DNA from: Eledone cirrhosa
Lineage: Eukaryota
Assembly: GCA_964016885.1 (NCBI GenBank)
Contig: OZ024744.1
Location: forward strand, 46,934,001 to 46,998,000
Length of the DNA stretch: 64,000 nucleotides
Direction of reading: 5' to 3'
Shown here one piece after another: positions 25,000-38,100 of the stretch. Each line of letters begins with the position of its first letter. Within the stretch, counting starts at the first letter, position 1. Both the position numbers and the translations under genes were made by a program. The notes under the pieces are model-generated. The model was not told where the DNA came from, did not search any database, and was given only the letters and a program-made list of their open reading frames with translations.

Positions 25000-25201
25000 C
25001 TCCTTCACATATAATCAATGTGTTGTGTTGTTAGTTTCTACTAAACAACCAAAGAAATAATCTCTTTGTTATCAAATTAGAAGTTTCAAAGATGTTATCA
25101 GCTTTATTTCACGACATTAATATTGGTGTATCTTCTTCATCTTTAGTCATAAATTGATATCTTGTCAGAATGAAGTACTGAGGCTGACTTTATGTCTTTA
25201 T
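25000..25201 (-). other. Candidate 5'-UTR exon of the ZNF gene (intron 20902-24999)
   Basis: Perfect donor GAG|GTAAGT at 25000/24999; plausible acceptor ..atctgtAG at 25203-25202. Confidence 0.45.
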
Positions 25202-25481
25202 CTACAGATTTGATGGGAAATATATATATATTAGGTTGATATGTGGTCTAAAATATATATATTGTCTATAAATGACTGATAGCAGATGTTCTGGTGAAAT
25301 AGTAGTTTTACTACTACAGATTGTAATGGAACTCTTAGTAGACACAATTGTAAAGTAAGAATAGATATGACAGTGTAAGACTGATGTCGGGGAATTAAAA
25401 TTGTGTGTATATATATATATATAATTGTTACACAAGATATAATTAGATTAATTAAAGTTATAATGAAGACAGCAGGTATCT

Positions 25482-25553
25482 GGTGTCGTTGGGAATATTT
25501 CAACTCTCGTACCGGTGTCGTTGGGAATATTTCAACTCTCGTACCGGTGTCGT
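25482..25553. repeat. 32-bp tandem duplication
   Basis: ggtgtcgttgggaatatttcaactctcgtacc x2, plus a partial copy. Confidence 0.9.
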
Positions 25554-26087
25554 ACGTTAAAAGTCCCTGATATAATTTAATACCTTCAGACACAGTTCCA
25601 ATCGTATTTAATTTATTGTAAATCAGAAAGTATCACTCAGTAAAATATCAATTACATATCTACGTAGTCTCTCACCCTGCTAGAAATACCATTGAAATTA
25701 TCCATTACAGATTTTTCTTATATATCAATAAGAAAACCTGTAGGTAGTCTCTCTAACTGCTAGAAATAGCAGTGATATTATCCATTACAACTGCTCTCTC
25801 TCTCTCTCTATATATATATACACACATATATGTGTGTATATATGGGTGTGTATGTGTGTTTACACGTATGTATGGTGTGTATATGTGTATATATGGGTGT
25901 GTATGTGTCTTTACACGTATGTATGGTGAACATATGTGTACATAGGATTTTGGTATATGTACGTTTGGTGAACATATGTGTATTTACCTGTAGGTATGTG
26001 TGAGTGTGCGTTCTATACGCATTTATGCGTGTATATTTATATATGTATATATAATTGTATGTATATACACACACACAAACATATATT

Positions 26088-26251
26088 ATCATCATCATCA
26101 CCATCATCGATTAACATCTATCTTCCATGGGCTACACAGGTCCTATTTTGAGGGAAATTGTGTCGGGTGACCGTGACAGCTCATATAGGGGTGTTTCTGG
26201 CTGGTTTTCTATGGCTGGATGCCCTTCCTAATGCCAACCACATTGACAATG
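26088..26251 (-). mobile_element. SINE-like repeat with (ATG)n tail, truncated by the CRE fragment
   Basis: Collinear with 32008-32160 up to 'ccacattgacaatg'. Confidence 0.8.
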
Positions 26252-27480
26252 AGGTGCCTGGAATCCCTGGATGCCAGTTCTGTTGGGCAGCTGTTGAAGA
26301 ACTGCCTGGTTACATGTGCGGATTATTCACATGTAGACACCCAGTTGCACCGGACTGAACTCCTCGCCCACTTCAGGTGTTATGGACCTGCAGACCAGCT
26401 TGGCAGCCAGCCCCTGGAAGACATTGCCCACAGAGATGGGGCGTATGCCACCCTCTTTCTTCCCGAGAGCGGTCAGGCTAGCCGAAAAAGGGGCCTTGGG
26501 CATGAGGGTCCAGGGCGCCATGGATTAGCCTATTGGTGAGTGCCACAATTGAACTCAGAAGGCAGCGCCCGGCCTCAGCAGAGAGGGGGGATTGCAACAC
26601 CTTGAGGTGGCCGGATACCATCAGCACCTCTGCAACTGCTAGCTGGGAAGGACTTGATGGTGGACATGATGTTTGCATTGGAAGCCACAAGGAGCAAGTG
26701 GGGATCGGGTGGGGCTATGGGTCTGAGATAAGTGAGTGGTTCAGGGTGCTTGAGTCGCAGGGTAGCCAGGACCTCTCGGTGGATTGGGGGACAGTGTCCT
26801 CTGAGGCAACCACTCTGACTGCAGCCGAGACATCACCCATGATTAATTTGGCGTTTACACAGTCACGCAAACGCTTGGTGCTGGCTTCAGGGGTGGAGGA
26901 TTGGGGTCACCCGAGAGCGGGGTGTGTGGTGTCCTTAGGCACGCTTGGAATGGGCACTTGCCCAAAGGACGAAACATTGGCCTTGACAAAGGCTGCTGTC
27001 GACCGGCCGCCTCGGACAGCACCAGAGATGGGGAGGCCGAGTGGGGCGAATTAGATGAATCGCACCCAGTCGCTGTCTCGATTGGAGTCCAGGGCACTCC
27101 CAATCGAAGAAGCAAGGGCATCGGCTACTAGCACCCGGGCTGCTCTTGGGATCCTGAGTGGGATCTTCCGGCACCGCCTGAGCCGAGTGATGATGACCAG
27201 CGATGCTTGGGTATCAGGCAAGGTTGCTGTCTCATCAGTTGGTGTGCTAGACGGCCATTGTTGGGCAGTCGAGGCGAAGAGACAGTTTCTACATCTCCAA
27301 TATGCGAGGTGTTGCAGGTGTCGTCCGGTGGGGATGGAGGATGAGGCGTGGGGCACGAAGCAGCATCAGGGGTGGGTGAGTGGCTAGCTGCCACCAGCAT
27401 AGGTGCTAGGCACAACTGTGTGGGTGGAAGGGAAAGTGCTGATAAGAGGGCCTCATAGATCACTTACATCAGATATGGAG
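26252..27480 (-). mobile_element. Degenerate CRE-clade non-LTR retrotransposon fragment (region upstream of RT and RT N-terminus)
   Basis: GC-rich island with frameshifted peptides RIPRAARVLVADAL, PFFG/ASLTALGKKEGGIRPISVGNVF..LAAK and PVQLGV. Confidence 0.75.
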
Positions 27481-28754
27481 GCGTCAGAAGACAAGAGAGA
27501 AAAGAAGGGGGTGAATGGAGGGGGACAACAAGAAGGTAGAATGTTAGCAAATAAATAAATGAATGAATGGATGAATATACAAAAAAGAAAGCAGGGTGTT
27601 GTTCCCAGCGGGAAGACCCAGAGTTTAGCATGCACACAGGCGAACATGTTAGCAGTTTCTCATAGAACCTTGTGGCTAAAGGTGAGTCTTTCAATCCTGA
27701 AAACATATGTGTTGTTGTCACTGATGCTGGAGTTGGCTTCCTCTTGTTAATGGTAGTGTTTGCTGGTAGGTTGTTGGTGTATATACATATGTTGTTGTTG
27801 TTAATGTCACTGCTCTTGTCACTGCCTTCCTCTTGTTGATGGTGGTGATATTTGTTGGTGCTACCTATATTGGCTGTCAAGCTGGCTGCTGTATCACCTT
27901 CTGTGAGTGATGTTCCAATGGCCTTCTTAACCGAAGATGCAGGTCAATGGCTTTTGGCATCGCTTGGCAACACAACGGCAAATAAATATATTCTCTATCA
28001 TCAATTGGAAAGACCAATGGAAACATTGTTTCCTTGGTCCAATCTGATGAGTTCCACTCCACTTGGTAAGGTCTGAGATGTTGAGATTTATTACCAAAAA
28101 ATCACTAAAATCAAGATACTGGGCTGGTATTTCTACCTGGTTTGTATGTGTGGTATGTGGAGTGTTGTGGTATGTGGTGTGTTGTGGTATGGTATAATGT
28201 GGTGTGTTGTGGTGTGGTATGGTATGTGGTGTGGTGTGGTGTGGTGTGTCATGCTGTGTATATTGTGGTGTTTTGATGTGGTGTGTGTGTGTGTGCAGGG
28301 TGTAGTGTAGTGTAAAGAGGAAATTTTACACACATAGGACCTACAAGGGGTGTGTGAGGACTCTACCCCCTACAACCCTCTCAGAAATAAATGGCTGAAG
28401 AAAAAGAAAAGAAAGTTGTAAAGTATTTTCAAATGTGAATTATTTTTTTAAAAAGTCAAAATTTCAACTGTCATGAAAGAACCATCCAACAAATATTAAA
28501 GTTATGCAATTGTTTTTATTTACACATGTGGATATTTTGTCATAAATATAAATATAAACCAGTTAAGGTTTACAAAGTAAACACATACAAACACATCAAT
28601 GTTTTTTTTTTTAATTGATGTAGTCATAAGGGTGGAACTGTGGACATTTGAAGCTTGGTGGAGCCCTTGACTCTCCAGGTTTGAACAGTTGATTTCTTCC
28701 AGAGAAGGAGAGAGTATAAGAGGGATGAAGTGAGATAGAAATATAGAGAGGAAG

Positions 28755-29125
28755 TACCTACCCCAGTGATAGACTGGTATTGTTTTTTATCAACCTTGAA
28801 TGGATGAAAGTCAAAGTTGACCCCAGTAGGGTTTAAACTCAGAGAGCAGAAAACCAGGATAAATATGGCAGAAAGCATTCTATCTATTGTTTTATAGACT
28901 TTAAATAAATGTTTCTACTTTTGACTCAATGCCAGCAATTTGAAGAGAAAGGGGAATGCCAATTAAATCAGGCCCAGAGCATTACTGTTACTGTTTTTTA
29001 TCAACCTTAAATGGATGAAAGTCAAAGTTGACCATGGCATGATTTAAACCCAGAACATAAAGGACTGTAACTTTATGACACAAAGCATATCGTCTGACAC
29101 TCTACTGATTCTGCAAATCCAGCAC
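28755..29125 (-). mobile_element. Two diverged copies of the Nin/Deu-like tRNA SINE
   Basis: 'tttatcaacctt.aatggatgaaagtcaaagttgacc' occurs twice and matches the core of 22437-22628. Confidence 0.7.
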
Positions 29126-30381
29126 CCTCAACAATGAAATGAGATTGTGTCTCTGTAAGAGCCCTTAATGGCAAATAATATGAAGGTGTACTTTCTACAG
29201 GGTGTATTTGTTAATTACAATACAAAACCTCTGAGAATGATTTCCAACATATTTCACCATAATCAATGTTCATCTATATATATTAATATTATTATTATTT
29301 TCTGCTAGCATGTGTAGTGTGCATATTGATATTATAAAGGAATCTCACCACTACCGCTCATATATTAAGAAATGTAGCATTCAGTTGGTAAAGTAATAAG
29401 ATGTATGAAAGTGTAAGACTGATCTTGGAAGAAGAAAAAGTAAGTGCTTATATATATATATATAGGTGATTATTGTGTAGTATTCCACTATTATTTCTGT
29501 TAAGGTGAGAGAAGCTCTATTCACAATAAAATCCTCAGCTCATACAACAGACGAATAAGGCTTCTACAATTAAGGTTCTTGTTATTGGGGACAGTTCAGG
29601 TAACAAGAGAATTAATATCCATAATTTCAAAAGATGAAGGTTAATATATTTACATATAAATATATATATACAGACATAGAGTGTGTAGGTATGAGAGAGA
29701 GAAATAAATAGCCATGTGTGTGTGTCTAGAAAATAGTGTGTAAGTGTAGTAATAAATCAAGATATTTCACTTCACATAGAAAAGTTCACAATGTTTGTGT
29801 TGTGGTGGAAAACGAAATAATACGTACTTTAGTTTTCAAGGCCAAAGAAAAGTCAAGAAAAGTTAGTAAAACTAAATGTTCACTGATTTCTGATTAAAAT
29901 CATATTTTCATGTCCTGTAAAATGTTGAACAACCACTTCAATATTTAATAATACAGGTGATAAAACAACAACTATAAGGTAAATAAGTCACCTTATGTTA
30001 TTTACAAACTTTAACGTTCACCTTAATATGAAATAATCACCATAAAAGATAAAATTAGATGAGATTTAAGTTGTAACAATGGAGCAGAAATGAATGTTAA
30101 TATCTCTCTGTCTAGTTGACACCGGTGTCATGATTTCAAAGTCCCCTACATAATTTAATACATTCAGAAACAATTTCCGTTACATGAACTAGCAGAAAAT
30201 CACCCGAAGGGTGGTTTTCTGCTAGCATATGTAGTGTGTATATTGATATTATACACAAGTATATATATACATGTAGATATGATATCGTAATTGACAATAT
30301 ATAATACACAGAAATTGATCGATACTGTGTTACACTGTCTTATTAAATCAATAATTAGTATGTTTATTTAAGCGATGACCA

Positions 30382-30391
30382 ACCGGAAGTG
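30382..30391 (+). promoter_or_regulatory. Consensus ETS site ACCGGAAGTG, candidate promoter element
   Basis: Perfect motif in AT-rich, non-repeat sequence upstream of the ZNF gene; motif only. Confidence 0.3.
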
Positions 30392-30744
30392 CTGACATTT
30401 CAGAAATTTTAAAGTAGTGAATCTTTAAATATATAAAATATATTTAATCAACAGCCACGAAATTTAGTACATAAATTATGTAATATTCATTCATTATTTA
30501 TTCAAAGTAATCCAACTTATTTTACTAATGGGATAACAAATTATAAATCGTACGCAGTCCCGTGCTCCTCCCTTTATTATAGTTTAGATTAATACGTTCA
30601 ATAGATATGGTAGTACTTTATTCAGATTTGAATAAATAACATTATTAATTTTATATACTGTTCATATTAAACCAAAACACATTATTAAAGGTAATAAATT
30701 ATTTAAGTAATGGAAAATAAAACCGAATCAAACAACGAAAATAA

Positions 30745-30924
30745 TTGTTTCTACTTTAGGCATAAGGCCAGCAATTACTCCAGTGTATTACTGGCACTTT
30801 ATTTTATCGACCCCGTAAGGATGAAAAGCAAAGTTAACCCTGGCGGGATTTGAACTCAGATCATAAAGGGAGGTAACTCTATGCTACAAAGCATGGCGTC
30901 CGACGCCCTACCATACTGCCAATC
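30745..30924 (-). mobile_element. tRNA-derived SINE with a 12-bp target-site duplication
   Basis: Reverse-complement homolog of 22437-22628. TSD caacgaaaataa at 30733-30744 and 30925-30936. Confidence 0.85.
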
Positions 30925-32007
30925 CAACGAAAATAACGGGAGAGGGACAAACTTCATATTTCAGTCAGAGCTGTGATTCAGCCCCACCCTACAGATAAAA
31001 TGACAAAGGTGTTACCACAGAGAGTAGCTAAAGACCCCCAACTGTAACATTCTTTCTAATTTTGAGAAGGAAATCAGCAGTGTGGGGACAAAGAGGAAGT
31101 GGTTTGTCAGGCCCCGGTATTTAACTATCTTCCTCTTCTCTCTATTGCAGGTAGTAAAACCTGGGTTTGTGGCTGCAGGGAAAATGTTGGAGGCAGAGAA
31201 TGATCCAACCCATGCTAAACCTCCAACTAAAGCTGATACTTGTCTTTTTTAGCTGTGGAAATTAGAGATATGTGGAATGATGTGTCTTTCTTAAGGACAC
31301 AATGTACCTCCCTGGCTGAGAATTGAAAACATAATATTACCATATGTTGTATGACTTCGTTATAAAATATATGTGTTTGTATACATATATATAGTATATA
31401 TTTGTGTGTATACATTGTCTCATTCCATGAGAGTAACTTGGTCAGCCTATGAACTCCTCATCCGAACCTTCTATATGTATATACATGTTTGTCAGTGTGT
31501 GTGTGTACATATGTATATAGAATATTGTCACAACTACTATATACACCATATATATACTATATATAATATTGTCCAATATATATAGACTTATATGTCATGT
31601 TGTCCAAAGGAAAGGCTGATATAGATCAGCACCCGTGACATTACAACTATTATATACACTTTATCTATATATATTTATTAAAATAATACATTAACGTTTA
31701 AGCAAAGAATCGCCGCTTTCACCCTTAACAGGATCTTCTGAAACTAATAAAGACAATCTGTGAACGCAGAAGTAAATATTTCTAAAAACGTTGCAACCGA
31801 AGGAAGATAGGAAGACGATACTTTGGTTCGTGGAAACGTTCCCCGGCAAAGAACGGATAAAAACGAAAGAAATACGTCATTAATTGGAGCAATGAAAACA
31901 ATTACACGCAAAGTAGTGTATACATAGTATGTAGAGTGCCTATATATATATGATAAATGCTGGTGTATATATATGTACTATATACATACACTATATATAA
32001 TGTCCAC

Positions 32008-32160
32008 ACCATCATCGATTAACATCTATCTTCCATTGGTTAAACAGGACCTATATTGAGGCAACTTGTGTCGGGTGACCGGGACAGCTCATATAAGGGT
32101 GTTACTGGCTAGTTTTCTATGGTTGGAATACCCTTCCTAATGCCAACCACATTGACAATG
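32008..32160 (-). mobile_element. SINE-like repeat running directly into the satellite
   Basis: Collinear with 26100-26251; its last 14 nt form the start of the first satellite monomer. Confidence 0.8.
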
Positions 32161-35100
32161 TGGGCTGGGTGCTTTTTGCTGTGTCTTTCACATGCCACTT
32201 TACAGTGTGGGCTGGGTGCTTTTTGCTGTGTCTTTCACATGTCCACTTTACAGTGTGGGCTGGGTGCTTTTTGCTGTGTCTTTCACACGTCCACTTTACA
32301 GTGTGGGCTGGGTGCTTTTTGCTGTGTCTTTCACATGTCTACTTTACAGTGTGGGCTGGGTGATTTTTGCAGTGTCATTCACAAGTCCACTTTACAGTGT
32401 GGGCTGGGTGCTTTTTGCTGTGTCTTTCACATGTCCACTTTACAGTGTGGGCTGGGTGCTTTTTGCTGTGTCTTTCACATGTCCACTTTACAATGTGAGC
32501 TGGGTGCTTTTTTCAGTGTCTTTCACACGTCCACTTTACAGTGTGGGCTGGGTGATTTTTGCTGTGTCTTTCACATGTCCACTTTACAGTGTGGGCTGGG
32601 TGCTTTTTGCAGTGTCTTTCACAAGTCCACTTCACAGTGTGGGCTGGGTGCTTTTTGCTGTGTCTTTCACATGTCCACTTTACAGTGTGGGCTGGGTGCT
32701 TTTTGCTGTGTCTTTCACATGTCCACTTTACAGTGTGGGCTGGGTGCTTTTTGCTGTGTCTTTCACATGTCCACTTTACAGTGTGGGCTGGGTGCTTGTT
32801 GCTGTGTCTTTCTCACGTCCACTTTACAGTGTGGGCTGGGTGCTTTTTGCTGTGTCTTTCACATGTCCACTTTACAGTGTGGGCTGGGTGCTTTTTTCAG
32901 TGTCTTTCACACGTCCACTTTACAGTGTGGGCTGGGTGCTTTTTGCTGTGTCTTTCACATGTCCACTTTACAGTGTGGGCTGGGTGCTTATTGCTGTGTC
33001 TTTCACATGTCCACTTTACAATGTGGGCTGAGTGCTTTTTGCTGTGTCTTTCACATGTCCACTTTACAATGTGGGCTGGGTGCTTTTTGCTGTGTCATTC
33101 ACATGTCCACTTACAGTGTGGGCTGGGCGCTTTTTGCAGTGTCTTTCACACGTCAACTTTACAGTGTGGGCTGGGTGCTTTTTACTGTGTCTTTCACATG
33201 TCCACTTTACAGTGTGGGCTGGGTGCTTTTTGCTGTGTCTTTCACATATCCACTTTACAGTGTGGGCTGGGTGCTTTTTGCTGTGTCTTTCACATGTCCA
33301 CTTTACAGTGTGGGCTGGGTGCTTTTTGCAGTGTCTTTCATACGTCCACTTTACAGTGTGGGCTGGGTGCTTTTTGCTGTGTCTTTCACACGTCCACTTT
33401 ACAGTGTGGGCTGGGTGCTTCTTGCTGTGTCTTTCACATGTCCACTTTACAGTGTGGGCTGGGTGCTTTTTGCTGTGTCTTTCACATGTCCACTTTACAG
33501 TGTGGGCTGGGTGCTTTTAGCTGTGTCTTTCACATGTCCGCTTCACAGTGTGGGCTGGGTGCTTTTTGCTGTGTCTTTCACATGTCCACTTTACAGTGTG
33601 GGCTGGGTGCTTTTTGCTGTGTCTTTCACATGTCCACTTTACAGTGTGGGCTGGGTGTTTTTTGCTGTGTCTTTCACATGTCCACTTTACAGTGTGGGCT
33701 GGGTGCTTGTTGCTGTGTCTATCTCACGTCCACTTTACAATGTGGGCTGGGTGCTTTTTGCTGTGTCTTTCACATGTCCACTTTACAGTGTTGGCTGGGT
33801 GCTTTTTTCAGTGTCTTTCACACGTCCACTTTACAGTGTGGGCTGGGTGCTTTTTGCTGTGTCTTTCACATGTCCACTTTACAGTGTGGGCTGGGTGCTT
33901 TTTGCTGTGTCTTTCACATGTCCACTTCACAGTGTGGGCTGGGTGCTTTTTGCTGTGTCTTTCACATGTCCACTTTACAATTTGGGCTGGGTGCTTTTTG
34001 CTGTGTCTTTCACATGTCCACTTTACAATGTTGGCTGGGTGCTTTTTGCTGTGTCTTTCACATGTCCACTTTACAGTGTGGGCTGGGCGCTTTTTGCAGT
34101 GTCTTTCACATGTCCATTTACAGTGTGGGCTGGGTGCTTTTTGCTGTGTCTTTCACATGTCCACTTTACAGTGTGGGCTGGGTGCTTTTTGCTGTGTCTT
34201 TCACATGTCCACTTTACAATGTGCGCCGGGTGCTTTTTGCTGTGTCTTTCACATGTCCACTTTACAGTGTTGGCTGGGTGCTTGTTGCTGTGTCTTTCAC
34301 ACGTCCACTTTACAGTGTGGGATGGGTGCTTGTTGCTGTGTCTTTCTCACGTCCACTTTACAGTGTGGGCTGGGTGCTTTTTGCTGTGTCTTTCACATGT
34401 CCACTTTACAATGTGGGCTGAGTGCTTTTTGCTGTGTCTTTCACATGTCCACTTTACAATGTGGGCTGGGTGCTTTTTGCTGTGTCATTCACATGTCCAC
34501 TTACAGTGTGGGCTGGGCGCTTTTTGCAGTGTCTTTCACACGTCAACTTTACAGTGTGGGCTGGGTGCTTTTTACTGTGTCTTTCACATGTCCACTTTAC
34601 AGTGTGGGCTGGGTGCTTTTTGCTGTGTCTTTCACATGTCCACTTTACAGTGTGGGCTTGGTGCTTTTTGCTGTGTCTTTCACATGTCCACTTTACAGTG
34701 TGGGCTGGGTGCTTTTTGCAGTGTCTTTCATACGTCCACTTTACAGTGTGGGCTGGGTGCTTTTTGGTGTGTCTTTCACACGTCCACTTTACAGTGTGGG
34801 CTGGGTGCTTCTTGCTGTGTCTTTCACATGTCCACTTTACAGTGTGGGCTGGGTGCTTTTTGCTGTGTCTTTCACATGTCCACTTTACAGTGTGGGCTGG
34901 CTGCTTTTAGCTGTGTCTTTCACATGTCCGCTTCACAGTGTGGGCTGGGTGCTTTTTGCTGTGTCTTTCACATGTCCACTTTACAGTGTGGGCTGGGTGC
35001 TTTTTGCTGTGTCTTTCACATGTCCACTTTACAGTGTGGGCTGGGTGCTTTTTGCTGTGTCTTTCACATGTCCACTTTACAGTGTGGGCTGGGTGCTTGT

Positions 35101-38100
35101 TGCTGTGTCTATCTCACGTCCACTTTACAATGTGGGCTGGGTGCTTTTTGCTGTGTCTTTCACATGTCCACTTTACAGTGTCGGCTGGGTGCTTTTTTCA
35201 GTGTCTTTCACACGTCCACTTTACAGTGTGGGCTGGGTGCTTTTTGCTGTGTCTTTCACATGTCCACTTTACAGTGTGGGCTGGGTGCTTTTTGCTGTGT
35301 CTTTCACATGTCCACTTCACAGTGTGGGCTGGGTGCTTTTTGCTGTGTCTTTCACATGTCCACTTTACAATGTGGGCTGGGTGCTTTTTGCTGTGTCTTT
35401 CACATGTCCACTTTACAATGTTGGCTGGGTGCTTTTTGCTGTGTCTTTCACATGTCCACTTTACAGTGTGGGCTGGGCGCTTTTTGCAGTGTCTTTCACA
35501 TGTCCATTTACAGTGTGGGCTGGGTGCTTTTTGCTGTGTCTTTCACATGTCCACTTTACAGTATGGGCTGGGTGCTTTTTGCTGTGTCTTTCACATGTCC
35601 ACTTTACAATGTGCGCCGGGTGCTTTTTGCTGTGTCTTTCACATGTCCACATTACAGTGTTGGCTGGGTGCTTGTTGCTGTGTCTTTCTCACGTCCACTT
35701 TACAGTGTGGGCTGGGTGCTTTTTGCTTTGTCTTTCACACGTCAACTTTACAGTGTGGGCTGTGTGCTTTTTGCAGTGTCTTTCACACGTCAATTTTACA
35801 GTGTGGGCTGGGTGCTTTTTGCTGTGTCTTTCACACGTTTACTTTACAGTGTGGGCCGGGTGTTTTTGCTGTGTCTTTCACATATCCACTTTACAGTGTG
35901 GGCTGTGTGCTTTTTGCAGTGTCTTTCACACGTCCACTTTACAGTGTGGGCTGGGTGATTTTTGCTGTGTCTTTCACATATCCACTTTACAGTGTGGGCT
36001 GGGTGCTCTTTGCTGTGTCTTTCACACGTCCACTTTACAGTGTGGGCTGGGTGCTTTTTGCTGTGTCTTTCAAACGTCCACTTTACAGTGTGGGCTGGGT
36101 GCTTTTTGCTGTGTCTTTCACATGTCCACTTTACAGTGTGGGCTGGGTGCTTTTTGCTGTGTCTTTCACATGTCCACTTTACAGTGTGGGCTGGGTGCTT
36201 GTTGCTGTGTCTTTCTCACGTCCACTCTACAGTGTGGGCTGGGTGCTTTTTGCTGTGTCTTTCACATGTCCACTTTACAGTGTGGGCTGGGTGCTTTTTT
36301 CAGTGTCTTTCACACGTCCACTTTACAGTGTGGGATGGGTGCTTGTTGCTGTGTCTTTCTCACGTCCACTTTACAGTGTGGGCTGGGTGCTTTTTGCTGT
36401 GTCTTTCACATGTCCACTTTACAGTGTGGGCTGGATGCTTTTTTCAGTGTCTTTCACACGTCCACTTTACAGTGTGGGCTGGGTGCTTTTTGCTGTGTCT
36501 TTCACATGTCCACTTTACAGTGTGGGCTGGGTGCTTTTTGCTGTGTCTTTCACATGTCCACTTTACAATGTGGGCTGAGTGCTTTTTGCTGTGTCTTTCA
36601 CATGTCCACTTTACAATGTGGGCTGGGTGCTTTTTGCTGTGTCATTCACATGTCCACTTACAGTGTGGGCTGGGCGCTTTTTGCAGTGTCTTTCACACGT
36701 CCACTTTACAGTGTGGGCTGGGTGCTTCTTGCTGTGTCTTTCACATGTCCACTTTACAGTGTGGGCTGGGTGCTTTTTGCTGTGTCTTTCACATGTCCAC
36801 TTTACAGTGTGGGCTGGGTGCTTTTAGCTGTGTCTTTCACATGTCCGCTTCACAGTGTGGGCTGGGTGCTTTTTGCTGTGTCTTTCACATGTCCACTTTA
36901 CAGTGTGGGCTGGGTGCTTTTTGCTGTGTCTTTCACATGTCCACTTTACAGTGTGGGCTGGGTGCTTTTTGCTGTGTCTTTCACATGTCCACTTTACAGT
37001 GTGGGCTGGGTGCTTGTTGCTGTGTCTATCTCACGTCCACTTTACAATGTGGGCTGGGTGCTTTTTGCTGTGTCTTTCACATGTCCACTTTACAGTGTCG
37101 GCTGGGTGCTTTTTTCAGTGTCTTTCACACGTCCACTTTACAGTGTGGGCTGGGTGCTTTTTGCTGTGTCTTTCACATGTCCACTTTACAGTGTGGGCTG
37201 GGTGCTTTTTGCTGTGTCTTTCACATGTCCACTTTACAGTGTGGGCTGGGTGCTTTTTGCTGTGTCTTTCACATGTCCACTTTACAATGTGCGCCGGGTG
37301 CTTTTTGCTGTGTCTTTCACATGTCCACTTTACAGTGTTGGCTGGGTGCTTGTTGCTGTGTCTTTCACACGTCCACTTTACAGTGTGGGCTGGGTGCTTT
37401 TTGCTGTGTCTTTCACATGTCCACTTTACAGTGTGGGCTGGATGCTTTTTTCAGTGTCTTTCACACGTCCACTTTACAGTGTGGGCTGGGTGCTTTTTGC
37501 TGTGTCTTTCACATGTCCACTTTACAGTGTGGGCTGGGTGCTTTTTGCTGTGTCTTTCACATGTCCACTTTACAATGTGGGCTGAGTGCTTTTTGCTGTG
37601 TCTTTCACATGTCCACTTTACAATGTGGGCTGGGTGCTTTTTGCTGTGTCATTCACATGTCCACTTACAGTGTGGGCTTGGTGCTTTTTGCTGTGTCTTT
37701 CACATGTCCACTTTACAGTGTGGGCTGGGTGCTTTTTGCAGTGTCTTTCATACGTCCACTTTACAGTGTGGGCTGGGTGCTTTTTGCTGTGTCTTTCACA
37801 CGTCCACTTTACAGTGTGGGCTGGGTGCTTCTTGCTGTGTCTTTCACATGTCCACTTTACAGTGTGGGCTGGGTGCTTTTTGCTGTGTCTTTCACATGTC
37901 CACTTTACAGTGTGGGCTGGCTGCTTTTAGCTGTGTCTTTCACATGTCCGCTTCACAGTGTGGGCTGGGTGCTTTTTGCTGTGTCTTTCACATGTCCACT
38001 TTACAGTGTGGGCTGGGTGCTTTTTGCTGTGTCTTTCACATGTCCACTTTACAGTGTGGGCTGGGTGCTTTTTGCTGTGTCTTTCACATGTCCACTTTAC

